A stretch of DNA of 64,000 nt, taken from positions 139,685 through 203,684 of the forward strand of contig JAWSUS010000001.1 in the NCBI GenBank assembly GCA_033549025.1. The letters are read 5' to 3'. The DNA is from Desulfuromonadales bacterium (lineage in GTDB: Bacteria; Desulfobacterota; Desulfuromonadia; Desulfuromonadales; SZUA-540). Positions 61,149 through 64,000 of the stretch are shown here, piece by piece. The position numbers and the translations under genes are program-made. A model generated the notes under the pieces. That model saw nothing but the letters and a program-made list of their open reading frames with translations, did no database searches and was not told the DNA's origin. The first letter of the stretch is position 1, and the number at the start of each line of letters is the position of its first letter.

Positions 61149-62141
61149 CTACCTTTTCGCCATCGTCTTCAGCCCCTGCCGCAGCCCCGCCACAAAGGTC
61201 TTGCGCAGGCCTTCCGGCGCCAGTACTTCCACGTGCGGCAGGTAGGAATAGAGCCAGGAGAGGATCTCCTGCTCACCTGCCGCCTCAAAGGAGAGGATCA
61301 CCGAGCCGTCCTCCTGCTCGTCCAGCTGCTGAGCCGGGTGCCAGATGCGCTCACGGATCAGGTGGGCCACGGCCGGGCCGAAACGGACCTTAAGAGCCAG
61401 CGGTTGGTCGTTGATCAGACCGAAGGCGTTGCCGGTGAGATCCTCCAGGCGGAAGTTTTCGGGAATCTCGAAACGCGTATCGCTACAGTGAAGCTCCTGA
61501 ATCCGGTCGACCAGAAAGAGGCGCAAATCCTGGCGGTTATGAGCGTAACCGCCCACATAGAGGGAATCCTTGTAGAAGAGCAGTGTGTAAGGGTCGAAGA
61601 GATATTCCTGACCGGAGCGGTGGGGCGGCGCGTAGATCAGGGTGCAGCGGTACTGATAGAGCAGGGCCTCGCGCAGGCGACGCAGGATTTCCTTTTTGCC
61701 GCTGTAGTCCCGTATTCCCTGAAAACGGGGGGCTGCCGCTTCGGCCAGGCGTTCGAGATGGGCGACGCTACGCGGCGGCAGACTGGAGCGGATGCGGCCA
61801 AAAATGGCGTCGAGATCATCGGAAAAAGGCGTTCCCTGCAGAAAGGAGAGTTGCCCCCGACAGAAATAGAGGGTCATCAACTCCGGTAGGGAAAACGTGA
61901 TGGGTGGGATATTCTTGAAGCCGGTGATGAATCGATAAAGGGTGCGTCCATCGGCCTCGCGCTCCCGCACCAGCGGATAACCGGCATCGGCTATTGCCTG
62001 CAGGTCGCGGTAGATGGTGCGCCGATTAACCTGGCACTCCTCGACCAGTTCCTCCACCGTGGCGCCGTACCGGGCTTCGAGCAGGCGGATGACATCATGC
62101 AGTCGGGCGGCCTGGCTGTATTTCTTGGCCGGCTTGGTCAC
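61149..62141 (-). CDS. HTH-WYL(-WCX) transcriptional regulator
   Basis: N-terminal wHTH (TVEELVEECQVNRRTIYRDL), WYL domain (FDPYTLL...YVGGY...RLFLVDRI) and C-terminal WCX-like region (WLYSYLPHVEVLAPEGLR). Confidence 0.92.
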   Translation of the reverse strand: MTKPAKKYSQAARLHDVIRLLEARYGATVEELVEECQVNRRTIYRDLQAIADAGYPLVREREADGRTLYRFITGFKNIPPITFSLPELMTLYFCRGQLSFLQGTPFSDDLDAIFGRIRSSLPPRSVAHLERLAEAAAPRFQGIRDYSGKKEILRRLREALLYQYRCTLIYAPPHRSGQEYLFDPYTLLFYKDSLYVGGYAHNRQDLRLFLVDRIQELHCSDTRFEIPENFRLEDLTGNAFGLINDQPLALKVRFGPAVAHLIRERIWHPAQQLDEQEDGSVILSFEAAGEQEILSWLYSYLPHVEVLAPEGLRKTFVAGLRQGLKTMAKR

Positions 62142-62144
62142 ACC

Positions 62145-62519
62145 TCACTCTTCATTGGTCACATAATAGGTGTACTTGTGGGCCTTTCCGCGGACCTGCT
62201 CGCTGGGGTACTTGCGGATGTTCTTCTCCATCTTGGCCAGCACCGTATCGGCCATGTCCAGCCCCAGTGTATTGGCCAGCGAGAGCGCATAAATGACGAT
62301 ATCGGCGAGTTCTTCGCCGATATCCTGGAGTGCTGCAGGAGACAGATTTTTCGACTGCTCCACTGTCAGCCACTGAAAATGCTCCATCAGTTCGCCCGCC
62401 TCGATGGCAATGGACATGCTCAGGTTCTTCGGGGTATGAAATTGCTCCCAATCCCGCTCCCGCACAAAGTCCGCCATCTTCTCCTTGAGGTCCTGCAAGG
62501 TGGTCTGGTTGTCGCTCAT
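62145..62519 (-). CDS. MazG-like nucleotide pyrophosphohydrolase (dCTP pyrophosphatase-like)
   Basis: ERDWEQFHTPKNL, EAGELMEHFQW, EELADI and KYP motifs. Confidence 0.9.
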   Translation of the reverse strand: MSDNQTTLQDLKEKMADFVRERDWEQFHTPKNLSMSIAIEAGELMEHFQWLTVEQSKNLSPAALQDIGEELADIVIYALSLANTLGLDMADTVLAKMEKNIRKYPSEQVRGKAHKYTYYVTNEE

Positions 62520-62558
62520 GGATATCTCCTTGAATGCCTTTAGCGCAATTTCTCTTGA

Positions 62559-64000
<1,442 letters not shown>

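Overview
This is a 64 kb chromosomal segment from a GC-rich Gram-negative bacterium. Gene order and protein style suggest a Desulfuromonadales (Desulfuromonas/Geobacter-like) deltaproteobacterium; this is inference, not verified. Almost all genes lie on the minus strand. 1-6.8 kb: an ABC-transporter-dependent O-polysaccharide locus (rfbBDAC, wzm, wzt with a C-terminal extension), ending in a truncated methyltransferase/coiled-coil gene that carries a G14 tract, a perfect hairpin and a 42-bp tandem repeat. 6.9-24 kb: ADP-heptose and LPS core genes (gmhB, hldE, gmhA, kdkA, a GT9 heptosyltransferase, waaL), with a visibly AT-richer legionaminic-acid-type cluster embedded among them. 24-47 kb: the conserved envelope superoperon (phoH, 7TM-HD, ybeY, dgkA, corC, lnt, prfB with its +1 frameshift, lysS, lolC/E, lolD, bamA, skp, lpxD, fabZ, lpxA, lpxB, msbA, waaA, lpxK). 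47-64 kb: eno, ftsH, a Zn-ribbon protein, a solitary Cas6-family gene, tgt, rlpA, accA, dnaE, maf, an unknown small gene preceded by a palindrome, a WYL regulator, a MazG-like pyrophosphatase, galE and a partial LuxR-type regulator. I saw no rRNA, tRNA, CRISPR array, transposase or integrase. The best leads are (i) the G14 tract, hairpin and repeat ruler in the O-antigen capping gene, (ii) the orphan Cas6, (iii) the WYL regulator with a candidate operator and unknown target gene, and (iv) an IF1-like helix fused to a Zn ribbon upstream of ftsH. All functional calls come from motif recognition by eye; no database searches were run.
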